DNA of 64,000 nucleotides from Candidatus Binatia bacterium (GCA_963664015.2 CAXXLF010000001.1:576001-640000), one strand, 5' to 3'; shown: positions 1 through 10,614, counted from the first letter of the stretch. Made by a program: numbers and translations. The notes: generated by a model not told the origin, from the sequence alone.

Positions 1-668
1 CAATCGGGCGCCAAGGATAGTCCGAAGCGATAGAGATACGGTAGCTGGAGGACCAGCTGCAACACCCCACCCAGCAGAACCCCAAAAGCAAGTCCCAAGG
101 CGGGCTGATCAAGATAAGGGGAAATGAACACGGCACACAGGATAATGGACAGATTGAGCAAGACCGGGGAGAGAGCCGGAGCCATGAAATGTCGAAACGA
201 ATTCAGAAACCCCATGGCCAGAGCCACCAGGCTGACAAAATAGACATAAGGAAACATCCATCGAATCAGGAGAATCGTGAGGTTGAACTTTTCTGAAAAC
301 TCTAGATAACGCGGCGCAAAGAGATAGGCCAGGACAGGAGCGAAATAAACTCCCAAGACCGTGAGGACCCCGAGAACAACGGCGGCGAAGGTGAACACGA
401 TGCGGGCTAGCTGCATAGCCTCTTCTTTGGTGCTCCGGGTCAAATAATCGGTGAAGACCGGCACAAAGCCAGCTGTGAGGGCGCCCTCAGCAGTCAGTCG
501 GCGCAGTAGGTTAGGGACCCGAAAGGCGACAAAAAAGGCGTCCGCAGCTCCGTGGGCACCGAGGAGATAGCCGAACAGCATATCCCGCAACAACCCGGTG
601 ACCCGGCTGAGCAGGGTCAGGCTACCCACAACCCCTGCCGCCCGAGTTATCCTACCCACTTCATCCAT
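1..668 (-). CDS. murJ: Lipid II flippase MurJ (N-terminal part; runs off the window)
   Basis: Manual translation from ATG 668: MDEVGRITRAAGVVGSLTLLSRVTGLLRD...ADAFFVAFRVPNLLRRLTAEGA, the MurJ N-terminal signature. Confidence 0.93.
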   Translation of the reverse strand, partial: MDEVGRITRAAGVVGSLTLLSRVTGLLRDMLFGYLLGAHGAADAFFVAFRVPNLLRRLTAEGALTAGFVPVFTDYLTRSTKEEAMQLARIVFTFAAVVLGVLTVLGVYFAPVLAYLFAPRYLEFSEKFNLTILLIRWMFPYVYFVSLVALAMGFLNSFRHFMAPALSPVLLNLSIILCAVFISPYLDQPALGLAFGVLLGGVLQLVLQLPYLYRFGLSLAPD

Positions 669-672
669 TACG

Positions 673-702
673 TTGACACTCGTGCCGCTTAATGGTAGAA
701 AT
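673..702 (+). promoter_or_regulatory. Putative sigma70 promoter of rpsT
   Basis: TTGACA (673-678), 17-nt spacer, TAGAAA; SD AGGAGG before TTG 725. Confidence 0.5.
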
Positions 703-724
703 TTTATCCTTTAGGAGGAAGATC

Positions 725-997
725 TTGGCAGTACACAAATCAGTCATCAAACGCCACCGCCAGAGCTTAAAACGGAGAGCAAGAAATCAGGATGTCCGGT
801 CCAGGATCAAGACCCTGGTCAAAAAGATCCGCCAATCCATTGAGAAAAAGGACTCCACCGCCGCCCAGACCCAACTCCGGGATGTCAACAAGGCACTTGG
901 CAAGGCCGTCAGCAGCGGCGTTTTGAAATCCAACACCGCTTCCCGAAGATTATCCCGACTTGCCCGCGCTATCCATGTTGCCTCACAGGCAAGCTGA
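725..997 (+). CDS. rpsT: 30S ribosomal protein S20
   Basis: HKSVIKRHRQSLKRRARN...SRIKTLVKK...NTASRRLSRL; TTG start after AGGAGG. Confidence 0.95.
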   Translation: MAVHKSVIKRHRQSLKRRARNQDVRSRIKTLVKKIRQSIEKKDSTAAQTQLRDVNKALGKAVSSGVLKSNTASRRLSRLARAIHVASQAS

Positions 998-1073
998 TTC
1001 GCGTCAATGAGACCCCTGACAGCCCGTATACGCCCCACCCATAGATAGGCCCGACGCAGGCGCATCCCGTGAT

Positions 1074-1703
1074 TTAAAACAAATCCACGATCCGTTGATG
1101 GATGTCATGCGCCGAGCGAGTGATCAGCCGGTTTCTGGCCTGTCGGCCATAGGTTTCGGTCAGCTGTACGTCGGTGAAGGGAAAGATATCGCTCTGATTG
1201 AGGGGCTCCATTTGAAATTCGGTGGATGTGGCCACGACTGCGCCTCGGGATCCGCTATAGCGCTCCTCCCACCGGCTACCCTGCCCACGCCACAGGACCT
1301 CGTCCGGGGAGCGTCGCCGTAAATTCATATCCATAACCATGATGGTTTCGAACTCAATGGCTTCGCTATTGTCATTGACTGCGAGCACCCTTGTCTCCAT
1401 CCTCCGGACGACCCCGCTTAGTATGGCATCGGCATCCTCAGACTTTTCGACCACAACGACGGTACCCCCGCGTCGGAACACCCCTTTCAAGGCCGTACTT
1501 ATCTCCTTGGCCAGCCCCACGTCCAGCGACTTGTTGACAAAAGGAGCCACGTAGACTGAATGGACGTCCTTAGGGAATTGCCCCCCGCTGGAGAAGTGAT
1601 AGCCACACCCACTAGCCAGAAGCACGGCCGCCAGTGCTATGACACCCGAACCGAAGCGATTCCAGAGTTCCCCGTGTCCGATCCTAGTTCGCTGCATATC
1701 CAA
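1074..1703 (-). CDS. lptE: LPS assembly lipoprotein LptE
   Basis: Lipobox LASGCGYHF; follows leuS; VYVAPFVNKS and ADAILSG motifs. Confidence 0.8.
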   Translation of the reverse strand: MDMQRTRIGHGELWNRFGSGVIALAAVLLASGCGYHFSSGGQFPKDVHSVYVAPFVNKSLDVGLAKEISTALKGVFRRGGTVVVVEKSEDADAILSGVVRRMETRVLAVNDNSEAIEFETIMVMDMNLRRRSPDEVLWRGQGSRWEERYSGSRGAVVATSTEFQMEPLNQSDIFPFTDVQLTETYGRQARNRLITRSAHDIHQRIVDLF

Positions 1704-1705
1704 CT

Positions 1706-4195
1706 CTACCTCGATAAAACAATATTAACCAAACGGCGCGGGACTTGCACTACCCGATCGATCTTTTTTCCCTCGATGAACGACCGTACTTTGGGTTCTG
1801 CCAGGGCCTCTTTCTCAATGAACTCTTCGATGGCGTCCACCGCCACGGAAATTCGACCGCGTAACTTCCCGTTTACCTGAACAACGATGATCGTCGTTTC
1901 CTCTTCTAAGGCTCCAACGTCGTATTCGGGCCAGCTCAATTTGTCCAGAGCTTCCTTGTGGCCCAGATCCTCCCAAAGCTGAGAGGCAACGTGAGGGACA
2001 AAAGGATAGAGCAGAATGACTATCCTTTCCACCCCGTATTTAGTCCATCCGGCCACTTCCTCCTTGGCCATGGCCTTCTCATCCAGGGCGCTCAGGACGT
2101 TGAAGAGCTCCATAATAGCGGCAATGCCCGTATTGAAGTGGAACCGGACCTCCATATCCTCGGTCACCTTTTTAATGGTTCGATGAATCTGGCGCCGCAT
2201 GTCCTTTAACTCGGCGCTGGGCTCTTGGGTCGCTACCGATGGGGCTTGCATCAAGCGGTCTCGATTTTGATAGACGAAACGCCATAGACGGCTTAAGAAT
2301 CGATGGGATCCTTGAACTCCCTGGTCGTTCCATTCCAGGTCCTTTTCCGGGGGGGCGGCAAAAAGCGCAAAGAGACGGGCCGTATCGGCCCCAAAACGAT
2401 CGATCAGAAATTGGGGATCGACCACGTTACCCTTGGATTTAGACATCTTGGCCCCGTCCTTGATTACCATGCCCTGGGTCAACAGGTTGACGAAAGGCTC
2501 GTCGACGGAAAGCCATCCCATGTCCCTCAATACCTTGGTGAAAAAGCGAGCGTACAAAAGGTGAAGGACTGCATGTTCGACACCGCCAATGTACTGATCC
2601 ACGGGAAGCCAATAGTCAACCCGCTTCTTGTCCAACGGGGCCCGGTTTTCATCAGGGGATGCGTAGCGGGCAAAATACCATGAGGACTCCACGAAGGTGT
2701 CCATGGTATCGGTCTCCCGTGTTGCAGGCCCCCCGCACTGGGGACAGGTCACCTGCACAAACTCCTCGAGCTGAGTAAGAAGCGAGCCCCCTTCGCCGGT
2801 AAAAGCAATGTGTTTGGGCAAGACCACGGGGAGTTGGTCTTCGGGAACGGGAACCATCTCACACTTTTCACAATAAATGATCGGAATCGGGGCACCCCAG
2901 TAACGCTGACGCGAGATACCCCAGTCCCTCAAACGATAGCGGATATCTTTCTTGCCCCATCCTTGTTCCTCAAGGTGTTCTGCAATTTCTTTTTTACCCT
3001 CTTCGCTGGAAAGGCCGGTAAAGGTTCCGCTGGAGATCATGGTCCCTTCATCTATATAGGCTTCCATGATCTTGTGAGCTTCCAAAAGCCGGTCTGGCGC
3101 TTCGATCACGATTTGTATAGGGAGGCCGTATATTTGCGCGAACTCGAAGTCCCTCTGGTCGTGAGCGGGTACGCCCATGACTGCACCCGTACCGTATTCC
3201 GAAAGGACAAAGTTTGCGATGTAAATGGGTATCGGCTCTTCGGTGAACGGGTTGAGACAATAGGCCCCCGTAAAGGCTCCCTCTTTTTCAAAGTCGTGGG
3301 TCTCTTTGTGGGAGTGCTTGACCTTTCGCACCTGGTTGAGGAATTGACGGACCTCCTTTTCCTGGTCCGTACCGCGTGAGAGTTCGAGAGCCAGCGGATG
3401 CTCCGGGGCAATGGAGAGAAAGGTGGCCCCGAAAACCGTATCCTGCCGAGTGGTGAAAACCGTGATCGCCTCTTCCGGTTCCTCGACAAGGGGAAAACGG
3501 ATGGTCGCACCCAGGGATTTTCCAATCCAGTTGCGCTGCATAGTCAAGACCTTTTCGGGCCAACCGGTCAGTTTATCGCAATCCCGCAGCAGTTCATCCG
3601 CATAATCCGTGATTCGGAAAAACCATTGCTCCAACTTTTTTTCCCGGACCTCCTGATCGCAGCGCCAGCAGAGCTCTTCAATCACCTGTTCATTAGCCAA
3701 GACCGTATCGCAACTATCGCACCAGTTCACGGTGGATAGTTTTTTGTAAGCCAACCCGCGCTTGAACATTTCAATAAAGAAAAGCTGTTCCCAACGGTAG
3801 TAGTTCTCATCGCACGTGGCTAATTCACGTCCCCAGTCGTAGCTGAAACCCATTTTTTTCAGCTGCTGGCGCATATATGAGATGTTTTCTAGGGTCCACT
3901 TGGCCGGATGGTCTCCCCGTTCAATGGCAGCATTTTCAGCTGGAAGTCCAAAGGCATCCCATCCCATGGGGTGCAGGACGTTGAACCCTCGCATTCTCTT
4001 GTAACGAGCAATCACATCGCCGATAGAATAGTTGCGCACGTGGCCCATGTGAATCTGGCCCGAGGGATAGGGAAACATTTCCAACAGGTAGTACTTGGGG
4101 CGAGGGTCATCCTCAGTGGCCCGGAAGCTCTGCTTGTTCTCCCAGATCTCCTGCCACTTGCTCTCTATTTCTTGAGGATTATAACGGTCCTGCAT
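1706..4195 (-). CDS. leuS: Leucine--tRNA ligase
   Basis: [12 protein letters not shown] (HIGH), KMSKS motifs; 829 aa. Confidence 0.98.
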   Translation of the reverse strand: MQDRYNPQEIESKWQEIWENKQSFRATEDDPRPKYYLLEMFPYPSGQIHMGHVRNYSIGDVIARYKRMRGFNVLHPMGWDAFGLPAENAAIERGDHPAKWTLENISYMRQQLKKMGFSYDWGRELATCDENYYRWEQLFFIEMFKRGLAYKKLSTVNWCDSCDTVLANEQVIEELCWRCDQEVREKKLEQWFFRITDYADELLRDCDKLTGWPEKVLTMQRNWIGKSLGATIRFPLVEEPEEAITVFTTRQDTVFGATFLSIAPEHPLALELSRGTDQEKEVRQFLNQVRKVKHSHKETHDFEKEGAFTGAYCLNPFTEEPIPIYIANFVLSEYGTGAVMGVPAHDQRDFEFAQIYGLPIQIVIEAPDRLLEAHKIMEAYIDEGTMISSGTFTGLSSEEGKKEIAEHLEEQGWGKKDIRYRLRDWGISRQRYWGAPIPIIYCEKCEMVPVPEDQLPVVLPKHIAFTGEGGSLLTQLEEFVQVTCPQCGGPATRETDTMDTFVESSWYFARYASPDENRAPLDKKRVDYWLPVDQYIGGVEHAVLHLLYARFFTKVLRDMGWLSVDEPFVNLLTQGMVIKDGAKMSKSKGNVVDPQFLIDRFGADTARLFALFAAPPEKDLEWNDQGVQGSHRFLSRLWRFVYQNRDRLMQAPSVATQEPSAELKDMRRQIHRTIKKVTEDMEVRFHFNTGIAAIMELFNVLSALDEKAMAKEEVAGWTKYGVERIVILLYPFVPHVASQLWEDLGHKEALDKLSWPEYDVGALEEETTIIVVQVNGKLRGRISVAVDAIEEFIEKEALAEPKVRSFIEGKKIDRVVQVPRRLVNIVLSR

Positions 4196-4254
4196 AGTCT
4201 AGATTCTCTCTCTTTTCGACCTTAAAAGCCAAGGACCGCTTTGGGTCTAGCCCA

Positions 4255-4668
4255 CTATTCCTTGACCCAGCACGCGGACGCCACGTGATCCAGGACCCCA
4301 TTGATGAAGGTCGCTGAATCCTCCGAACCGAAGCGTTTACTCACCTCGATGGCCTCATCGATACTGACGTTGTGGGGAATATCAGGACAGAACAATAACT
4401 CAAAGGTTGCCAGACGAAGGATATTCAAATCGACCCGCGGCATCCGGGTCAGTTTCCAGTGGTCCGTGGCCTTTTCGATCAGGTGGTCAATATCTTTTTT
4501 TTGCAGCAGTACACCGCCAACTAGCCGGCGGGCAAAATCTCTAGCCTTAATGTTCGCCTCGAAATGGCTCCATAAAAGCTCCAGTGTGGCCGCTGCCGAA
4601 TCACCGGTCATGTCGATTTGATAGAGAGCCTGTAGGGCCAGTTCCCTACCTCTACGTCGTATACCCAT
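4255..4668 (-). CDS. nusB: Transcription antitermination factor NusB
   Basis: RRRGRELALQALYQ, IDEAIEVSKRFG, FINGVLD. Confidence 0.96.
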   Translation of the reverse strand: MGIRRRGRELALQALYQIDMTGDSAAATLELLWSHFEANIKARDFARRLVGGVLLQKKDIDHLIEKATDHWKLTRMPRVDLNILRLATFELLFCPDIPHNVSIDEAIEVSKRFGSEDSATFINGVLDHVASACWVKE

Positions 4669-4746
4669 AAGCCATTCAAAGATCCGCAGATTAAAAAGGT
4701 TTACCGGTCAACCCCAATACACCAACGGGAGCCCGACCTTACGCCC

Positions 4747-4964
4747 CAGCGGTGAGTTACAATCTTCTCGTTTTACCTATTTGCCATTCACCACTTACGT
4801 AAAGTGCTCCAGGGCGCGTCGCACCCTGGAGCAATCGAGCAGTGGTCATTGGAACAATCGACAACGCCAATATGGCGGTCCATTGCCCTATTTTCCACTC
4901 CTCCGATGTTCCAAAAATTTGCCTAGCAAATATTTCTGCGCGCTCCGCGTCTCAGCGGTGAGTT
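4747..4964. repeat. Composite periodic-repeat and hairpin element between nusB and ribH
   Basis: 12-bp direct repeat CAGCGGTGAGTT (4747, 4953); ~7-nt periodic tract 4766-4800; palindrome TGCTCCAGGG..CCCTGGAGCA 4805-4833; ~8-nt periodic inverted arms 4828-4860 and 4880-4912; 8-9-nt units 4934-4959. Confidence 0.7.
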
Positions 4965-5473
4965 CTACGATGCGAAGCCGCTTTGCGCACGCCCTTGGCA
5001 CTCGACCGGCGGGGCAGCTTCTTGACCAAACACGCCATCTCAATAGCCGTCATGGCCGCCTCAAATCCCTTGTTGTCTTTGTCCGTGCCCGCCCGTTGCA
5101 TAGCCTGCTCCGGGTTCTTGGTGGTCAGAACACCGAAGGCAATAGGGATCTGGTGATCCAGAATAGCGCGGCCGATCCCCCGCGTGACCTCCCCCGCAAT
5201 AAAGTCAAAATGGGGAGTCCCGCCTCGAATCACCGCCCCTAGACAAACGAGGGCGTCGTATTTTCCGGTGGAAGCCATCTTGTAGGCAAGCAGCGGAATC
5301 TCAAACGCACCGGGAACCCGGACCACGTCCAGGTTTTTCACCTCACCTCCGTACTGCTTGAAGGCTTCCAGGGCCCCTTCCAACAGCTTCTCGGTCACAA
5401 AGTTATTGAAGCGGCTTACTATGATTCCGAACTTCCCGCCCCGTGCATCCAGCTCTACCTCAATGCCCTTCAT
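4952..5473 (-). CDS. ribH: 6,7-dimethyl-8-ribityllumazine synthase
   Basis: IVSRFNNF, VPGAFEIP, LGAVIRGGTPHFD, NKGFEAA; basic C-terminal tail. Confidence 0.96.
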   Translation of the reverse strand: MKGIEVELDARGGKFGIIVSRFNNFVTEKLLEGALEAFKQYGGEVKNLDVVRVPGAFEIPLLAYKMASTGKYDALVCLGAVIRGGTPHFDFIAGEVTRGIGRAILDHQIPIAFGVLTTKNPEQAMQRAGTDKDNKGFEAAMTAIEMACLVKKLPRRSSAKGVRKAASHRRTHR

Positions 5474-5510
5474 GACGGTCCCTTCCCTCGCCAGGATAAG
5501 TTTGATGAGT

Positions 5511-6716
5511 CTATAGTTTGGAGAACAGATGGCCCAATTTTTCCTGCTTGGTCCGCAGGTATTCGATATTGTCTTCCCGCGGGGTGATTTCCAGAGGGAC
5601 GCGTTCAACGACTGACAACCCGTACCCCTCCAGCCCTACAATTTTGCGCGGGTTGTTGGTTAGTAAACGAAGCTTCTGGGCCCCGATATCGCGAATGATT
5701 TGCGCCCCAATACCGTAATCTCGGAGGTCTTCCTTAAAGCCCAACTCAAGGTTGGCTTCGACTGTGTCCAAGCCATGATCTTGGAGGGCGTAAGCCTTGA
5801 TCTTGTTAGTCAGCCCAATCCCTCGGCCTTCTTGACGCATGTAGACAAGGACACCCTTTCCGGCCTGGTTGATCAGCTTGAGGGACTGGAGGATCTGCTC
5901 CCCGCAATCACACCGCTCGGATTCAAAAACGTCTCCGGTCAAGCATTCGGAGTGCATGCGAACCAAGACTTTATCCCTGGGCTTAATTTCACCTTTGACC
6001 AAAGCCATGTGCTCCCTGGTGTCCACGTTGTTTTTATAGATGATCGCCCTGAACATCCCTCCCACAACGGTCGGGAAGTCCGCTTCTCGCGCACGACTGA
6101 CCAGGCATTCACTTCGCAATCGGTAGGCGATCAGATCCGACACGGCGGCAATTTTCAATTTGTGTTTGCGGGCTAATTTCTGAAGATCCGGCAGGTAGGC
6201 CACCGATCCATCGGCCTTCAGGATCCGCGAGATGACCCCTGCCGACTGCAAACCGCACAGCCGGGCTAAATCAACCGAGGCCTCGGTGTGACCGGACCGG
6301 ACCAAGACTCCGCCTTTAACGATCTGGGCGGGAAAGACATTGCCCGGCATGGCTAGGTCCCCGGGTTTGGCATCTGCCTTGAGCATCGTCTTGATGGTTT
6401 GTGCCCTGCCCTGGGCGGATACCCCCGAACCGAGCACGGATTTCGCATCGATAGGGATCCCAACAGGGGCACTCACCGCCGACACGCTCGGCTGCACCAC
6501 CAAGTTCCCCAACTGCTTGATTCTTTCCTCGGTCAGGGCCAGGTAAATGATACCGCTACGGCCCTCGGTCAGGAGGAAGTTAATCGCTTCCGGGGTAACC
6601 TTGTCACCGGCTATACAGAAGGTACCGTCGCTCCCAGGTGAATCATCGTCGACCAGGATAATGACTTGTCCCGCCTGCAGCGCTTTAAGGGCATCTTTGA
6701 TCATTGAAATAGGCAT
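5511..6716 (-). CDS. ribBA: RibBA: GTP cyclohydrolase II with a degenerate DHBP synthase domain
   Basis: C-terminal half has [28 protein letters not shown]; N-terminal half aligns to RibB but lacks RENEGD. Confidence 0.93.
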   Translation of the reverse strand: MPISMIKDALKALQAGQVIILVDDDSPGSDGTFCIAGDKVTPEAINFLLTEGRSGIIYLALTEERIKQLGNLVVQPSVSAVSAPVGIPIDAKSVLGSGVSAQGRAQTIKTMLKADAKPGDLAMPGNVFPAQIVKGGVLVRSGHTEASVDLARLCGLQSAGVISRILKADGSVAYLPDLQKLARKHKLKIAAVSDLIAYRLRSECLVSRAREADFPTVVGGMFRAIIYKNNVDTREHMALVKGEIKPRDKVLVRMHSECLTGDVFESERCDCGEQILQSLKLINQAGKGVLVYMRQEGRGIGLTNKIKAYALQDHGLDTVEANLELGFKEDLRDYGIGAQIIRDIGAQKLRLLTNNPRKIVGLEGYGLSVVERVPLEITPREDNIEYLRTKQEKLGHLFSKL

Positions 6717-6768
6717 GGAATGCGACCCCGGATTGCAGTGGAATTAGAAGTTGAAAAAACCTATCGAT

Positions 6769-7368
6769 TTACCGTGAACCGCCGGATTTCAAAAGATTCT
6801 GAACGTATTTTCCTATCAAATCAGTCTCGATATTGACTTTATCACCAACCCTACGGCTCTGCAAATTAGTATGTTTCATCGAAAACGGGATAATGGCCAC
6901 GGAAAAGAGCCCTCTGGCACAATCGTTAACTGTCAAACTGATACCGTCAATGGCGATGGATCCCTTAACAACTATCAGCCTCATCAGGGACACAGGAACC
7001 CGGACCTGAAAAAAGGTAAACTCACCCCGACGCGTAATCTCTTTGATCGTTCCAACCCCGTCCACATGCCCCGTAACCAGGTGTCCCCCGAGACGATCCG
7101 AAAAGCGGAGCGGCCGCTCCAGGTTTACCGGATGCCCTTTGTCGACATCCTGAAAATTCGTCCGCGCAAGCGTTTCGGGCGACACATCCACGGTCAAACG
7201 AGCTTGAGATTTCGAAATAACCGTGAGGCAGGTTCCGTTGACCGCAATACTGGCACCCAGCGGCATGGCCCTTGGGGACAGGCGGGTACTGAAAGTCAGC
7301 CTTCCAGCCTTTGCTTTACTCTGCCAGCGGACGACCTTGCCGATATCTTCGATGAGACCTGTGAACAT
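6769..7368 (-). CDS. ribE: Riboflavin synthase (alpha chain)
   Basis: MFTGLI start, SIAVNGTCLTV, RLGGHLVTGHVD. Confidence 0.96.
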   Translation of the reverse strand: MFTGLIEDIGKVVRWQSKAKAGRLTFSTRLSPRAMPLGASIAVNGTCLTVISKSQARLTVDVSPETLARTNFQDVDKGHPVNLERPLRFSDRLGGHLVTGHVDGVGTIKEITRRGEFTFFQVRVPVSLMRLIVVKGSIAIDGISLTVNDCARGLFSVAIIPFSMKHTNLQSRRVGDKVNIETDLIGKYVQNLLKSGGSR

Positions 7369-7375
7369 ATCAATT

Positions 7376-7578
7376 GGTTAATGGTTATTAGTTATTGGTC
7401 AATGGCAATTCATCGAACGATTCTGAAGCTCAGCCATGATGACGGTAGCTTGTAGCCCCAATGACCAGGAACCACACGGAACCCGTTGACTCATCCTCAC
7501 GATTGACCATTTTCTATTTGCTATTAACTATTCACCCTTTGCCATTCGACTTTTTACTTTTACCTTTTTACTTTTGCC
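7376..7578. repeat. Heptamer-periodic imperfect inverted repeat
   Basis: Left arm has 5 heptamers (7376-7410); right arm has 11 in-phase heptamers (7502-7578); the arms are partly complementary. Confidence 0.85.
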
Positions 7579-8684
7579 TTTCCTAAGATCCGTCCCGTAA
7601 CCATCAGATCCTGGCCAAAGCGCTTGGTTTCTAGATCGACAATGGCCTTCGTGCGGCTCATTGACGTGATCCCGAGTTCCTCGATCATAGATCGCCCGTC
7701 ACCACCAATGACCTTGGGCGCAAAGAAGAATACAACCCGATCCACGACCCCGTCGTTCAAGGCACGCGCCGCTGTCGAAGCTCCCCCCTCGATCATAACG
7801 CTCAAGAATCCCATGCCGAACAGTTTCTTTAACAGGGACGGGAAGCTAATCCATCTTCCCTTGTTCCCCTTGACCGGCAAACGCAATACCCGAGCCCCGG
7901 CACTTTCGATTGCCTTAACCCGGTTGACGGGAGATCGCTCGCCCGTGACCACGATGGTTTTTTCGACTCCTCGTCCCCGTAGCACCTGGGCCGAATTCGG
8001 GATACGTAGACGGGTATCGAGAACGATCCTCCAGGGGTCCCTTCCCCCGGGAATACGGCTGGTCAGCCTTGGATTATCCTTTATGACGGTATCGGCACCA
8101 ACAACCACAGCGTCGACCTGACTCCTCAACTGATGCACGAAATTCCGCGCCCTATCCCCGGTAATCCATTTAGATTCCCCCGTCGAAGTTGCGATTCTCC
8201 CATCCAGCGACGCGGCCAACTTGAGTATGACGAACGGTAAACCGGATGTGGTAGCCTTGATGAACGCTTCGTTTAGTCTTCGGCATTCCTCTTGTAGGAT
8301 ACCCACGCGGACCTTGATTCCTGCCCTGCGCAGCCGACGAATCCCCCGGCCGGAAACCAGCGGATTAGGATCAATCATACCGACAACAATTTCCTTGATG
8401 CCGAAAGCTATCAGGGAGGTGGTACAGGGCGGGGTTTTCCCCTCATGATTGCAGGGTTCCAGATTAAGATACAGGGTGCCGCCGCGGGCTCGCAAGCCCG
8501 CTTGCTTCAGGGCAACTATCTCACCGTGATCGCTACCAGCGCGCCGATGGTAGCCCTTGCCCACAACCCTGCCGCTTCGGACCACAACCGCCCCGACCAT
8601 AGGATTGGGGCTCGTCCTGCCGGTCCCCTTACGAGCCAGCCGAAGCGCCATGCGCATGTACCTTTCATCAAGCGCCTCTGCCAT
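7560..8684 (-). CDS. ribD: Bifunctional riboflavin deaminase/reductase RibD
   Basis: PNPMVGAV, HGE, LEPCNH..TPPC, KLAASLDG, SKWITG, MIEGG. Confidence 0.96.
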   Translation of the reverse strand: MAEALDERYMRMALRLARKGTGRTSPNPMVGAVVVRSGRVVGKGYHRRAGSDHGEIVALKQAGLRARGGTLYLNLEPCNHEGKTPPCTTSLIAFGIKEIVVGMIDPNPLVSGRGIRRLRRAGIKVRVGILQEECRRLNEAFIKATTSGLPFVILKLAASLDGRIATSTGESKWITGDRARNFVHQLRSQVDAVVVGADTVIKDNPRLTSRIPGGRDPWRIVLDTRLRIPNSAQVLRGRGVEKTIVVTGERSPVNRVKAIESAGARVLRLPVKGNKGRWISFPSLLKKLFGMGFLSVMIEGGASTAARALNDGVVDRVVFFFAPKVIGGDGRSMIEELGITSMSRTKAIVDLETKRFGQDLMVTGRILGKAKVKR

Positions 8685-9205
8685 CAGGACAGCCGATTGT
8701 CCTTGTCTTTCTTCTGTGACACAACGGCTGGTTTACCGATCCCCACACCCTTGCGCTCCTTGAGCAGATCTTCGAGTTCCACCATGAACTCGTTGATGTC
8801 TTTGAAGGAACGGTAGACTGACGCAAAACGGACGTAGGCCACTTGATCGATTTCATGAAGCTCCCCCATGGCAGCCTCGCCTATGATTGGGCTCTGGATC
8901 TCTTTTTCCCCTCGTTCTTGAAGCGAACGTTCGATTCGGTCGGCAACGGCCTCGATGGTATCGATGCTCACAGGACGTTTTTCACACGCGCGTTTAAGGC
9001 CGTTTACCACCTTCAATCGGTCATAGGACTCACGCCTGCCGTCTTTTTTCACGACCAGGGGCATGGTCTCCTCGACCCGTTCGTACGTCGTAAACCGCCG
9101 CGTACACAGCAGACATTCACGCCGGCGCCGGACCATATCGCCGTCCTTGCTCAACCGGGAATCGATAACCCTATTGTCCATCTCGTGGCAGAATGCGCAT
9201 TTCAT
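8684..9205 (-). CDS. nrdR: Transcriptional repressor NrdR
   Basis: [34 protein letters not shown]. Confidence 0.97.
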   Translation of the reverse strand: MKCAFCHEMDNRVIDSRLSKDGDMVRRRRECLLCTRRFTTYERVEETMPLVVKKDGRRESYDRLKVVNGLKRACEKRPVSIDTIEAVADRIERSLQERGEKEIQSPIIGEAAMGELHEIDQVAYVRFASVYRSFKDINEFMVELEDLLKERKGVGIGKPAVVSQKKDKDNRLS

Positions 9206-9225
9206 CGTTCGACCCTCAGTTCTTA

Positions 9226-9253
9226 CAGCATTTAGCCTTCAGCTGTCAGCAAT
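9226..9253. repeat. Heptamer tandem repeat (4 units)
   Basis: CAGCATT TAGCCTT CAGCTGT CAGCAAT in the glyA-nrdR spacer. Confidence 0.65.
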
Positions 9254-9291
9254 CCGATGAAACCTCAACGAGCTTACGCCCATCGTATTCA

Positions 9292-10539
9292 TCATTTCAA
9301 CCGGTTAGGATAAAGGGGGAACTTCCTGCAGAACTCACGAACATCATCGCCAATGGAGGCAAGAGCACGGTCGTCTCCCACCTGGTTCAACGCCTTCGAA
9401 ATAAACTCTGCAATGGTCTCCATCTCTTTTTCCTTCATTCCCCTGGTGGTCACGGCGGGTGTCCCGATCCGAATCCCACTGGTCACAAAGGGAGAACGAG
9501 TCTCAAAGGGTACTGTATTCTTGTTGACCGTGATACGTGCGTTATCCAGAGTTTCCTGGGCAACCCTGCCCGTGAGTTCCGACTTGCGCAGATCGACAAG
9601 CATCAAATGGTTGTCGGTCCCGCCGGAGGTGAGACGGAAGTTTTTGCTCATCAATGCTGCAGCCAGAGCTTTTGCGTTCTTGACAATCTGCTCCTGGTAT
9701 CGCTTGAATTCAGGGGTCAAGGCTTCCTTGAAGGCAACCGCCTTGGCCGCGATGACGTGCATCAGAGGCCCCCCCTGTATTCCGGGAAAGACCTTGCTGT
9801 TGATATCCTTGGCCCATTTCTCCCGGCAGAGGATCATGCCTCCACGAGGTCCCCTCAAGGTCTTATGCGTCGTTGAGGTCACGAAGTCGGCATACGGCAC
9901 GGGACTGGGATGAACACCAGCGGCCACCAGGCCTGCAATGTGGGCCATATCCACCATGAGACAGGCGCCAACCTCATCGGCTATCTGACGGATTCGCTGG
10001 AAGTCAATGACCCGGGGATAGGCACTGGCGCCCGCGATGATCAGCTTGGGCCGATGCTCGCGCGCCAGTTTGGCGATATTGTCATAGTCCAGGGTCTCGC
10101 TCTCCTCAACCACACCGTAGGGAACAACCCGATAGATCATGCCCGAGAAATTGACCGGGCTACCCATGGAAAGATGGCCCCCATGGGCCAGGTTCATACC
10201 CAAATAGGTATCTCCCGGTTTGAGGACAGCTAGATAAATCGCCATATTGGCCTGGGAACCCGAATGGGGCTGCACATTGGCATGGTCGGCACCAAAGACC
10301 TCTTTAGCCCGCGCGATGGCCAGGTTCTCAACCACGTCGTGATACTCACACCCCCCGTAATACCTACGTCCAGGATAACCTTCCGCATACTTGTTGGTCA
10401 TCACCGAACCCTGGGCCTCGAGAACCGCTTCACTCACCGCGTTTTCGGAAGCAATGAGTTCGAGATTGGATTCCAACCGATCTGTTTCACTGCGGATCGC
10501 CGCGTAGACTTCCGGATCCGCCTGGCTGAGGAAAGACAT
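9292..10539 (-). CDS. glyA: Serine hydroxymethyltransferase
   Basis: [29 protein letters not shown]. Confidence 0.98.
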   Translation of the reverse strand: MSFLSQADPEVYAAIRSETDRLESNLELIASENAVSEAVLEAQGSVMTNKYAEGYPGRRYYGGCEYHDVVENLAIARAKEVFGADHANVQPHSGSQANMAIYLAVLKPGDTYLGMNLAHGGHLSMGSPVNFSGMIYRVVPYGVVEESETLDYDNIAKLAREHRPKLIIAGASAYPRVIDFQRIRQIADEVGACLMVDMAHIAGLVAAGVHPSPVPYADFVTSTTHKTLRGPRGGMILCREKWAKDINSKVFPGIQGGPLMHVIAAKAVAFKEALTPEFKRYQEQIVKNAKALAAALMSKNFRLTSGGTDNHLMLVDLRKSELTGRVAQETLDNARITVNKNTVPFETRSPFVTSGIRIGTPAVTTRGMKEKEMETIAEFISKALNQVGDDRALASIGDDVREFCRKFPLYPNRLK

Positions 10540-10614
10540 GTCTTAAATCACTCCCTTTAATTTAGATTGGTTTGCAAAGAGCCGAGACCATTACGAACAA
10601 TCCGTTCCCCAGGT

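Noticed and set aside
7376-7578. CRISPR array
   Set aside because: Units are 7 nt with no unique spacers, and there are no cas genes.
4669-9291. FMN riboswitch in the rib operon spacers
   Set aside because: No RFN consensus segments were seen. The spacers hold periodic repeats instead.
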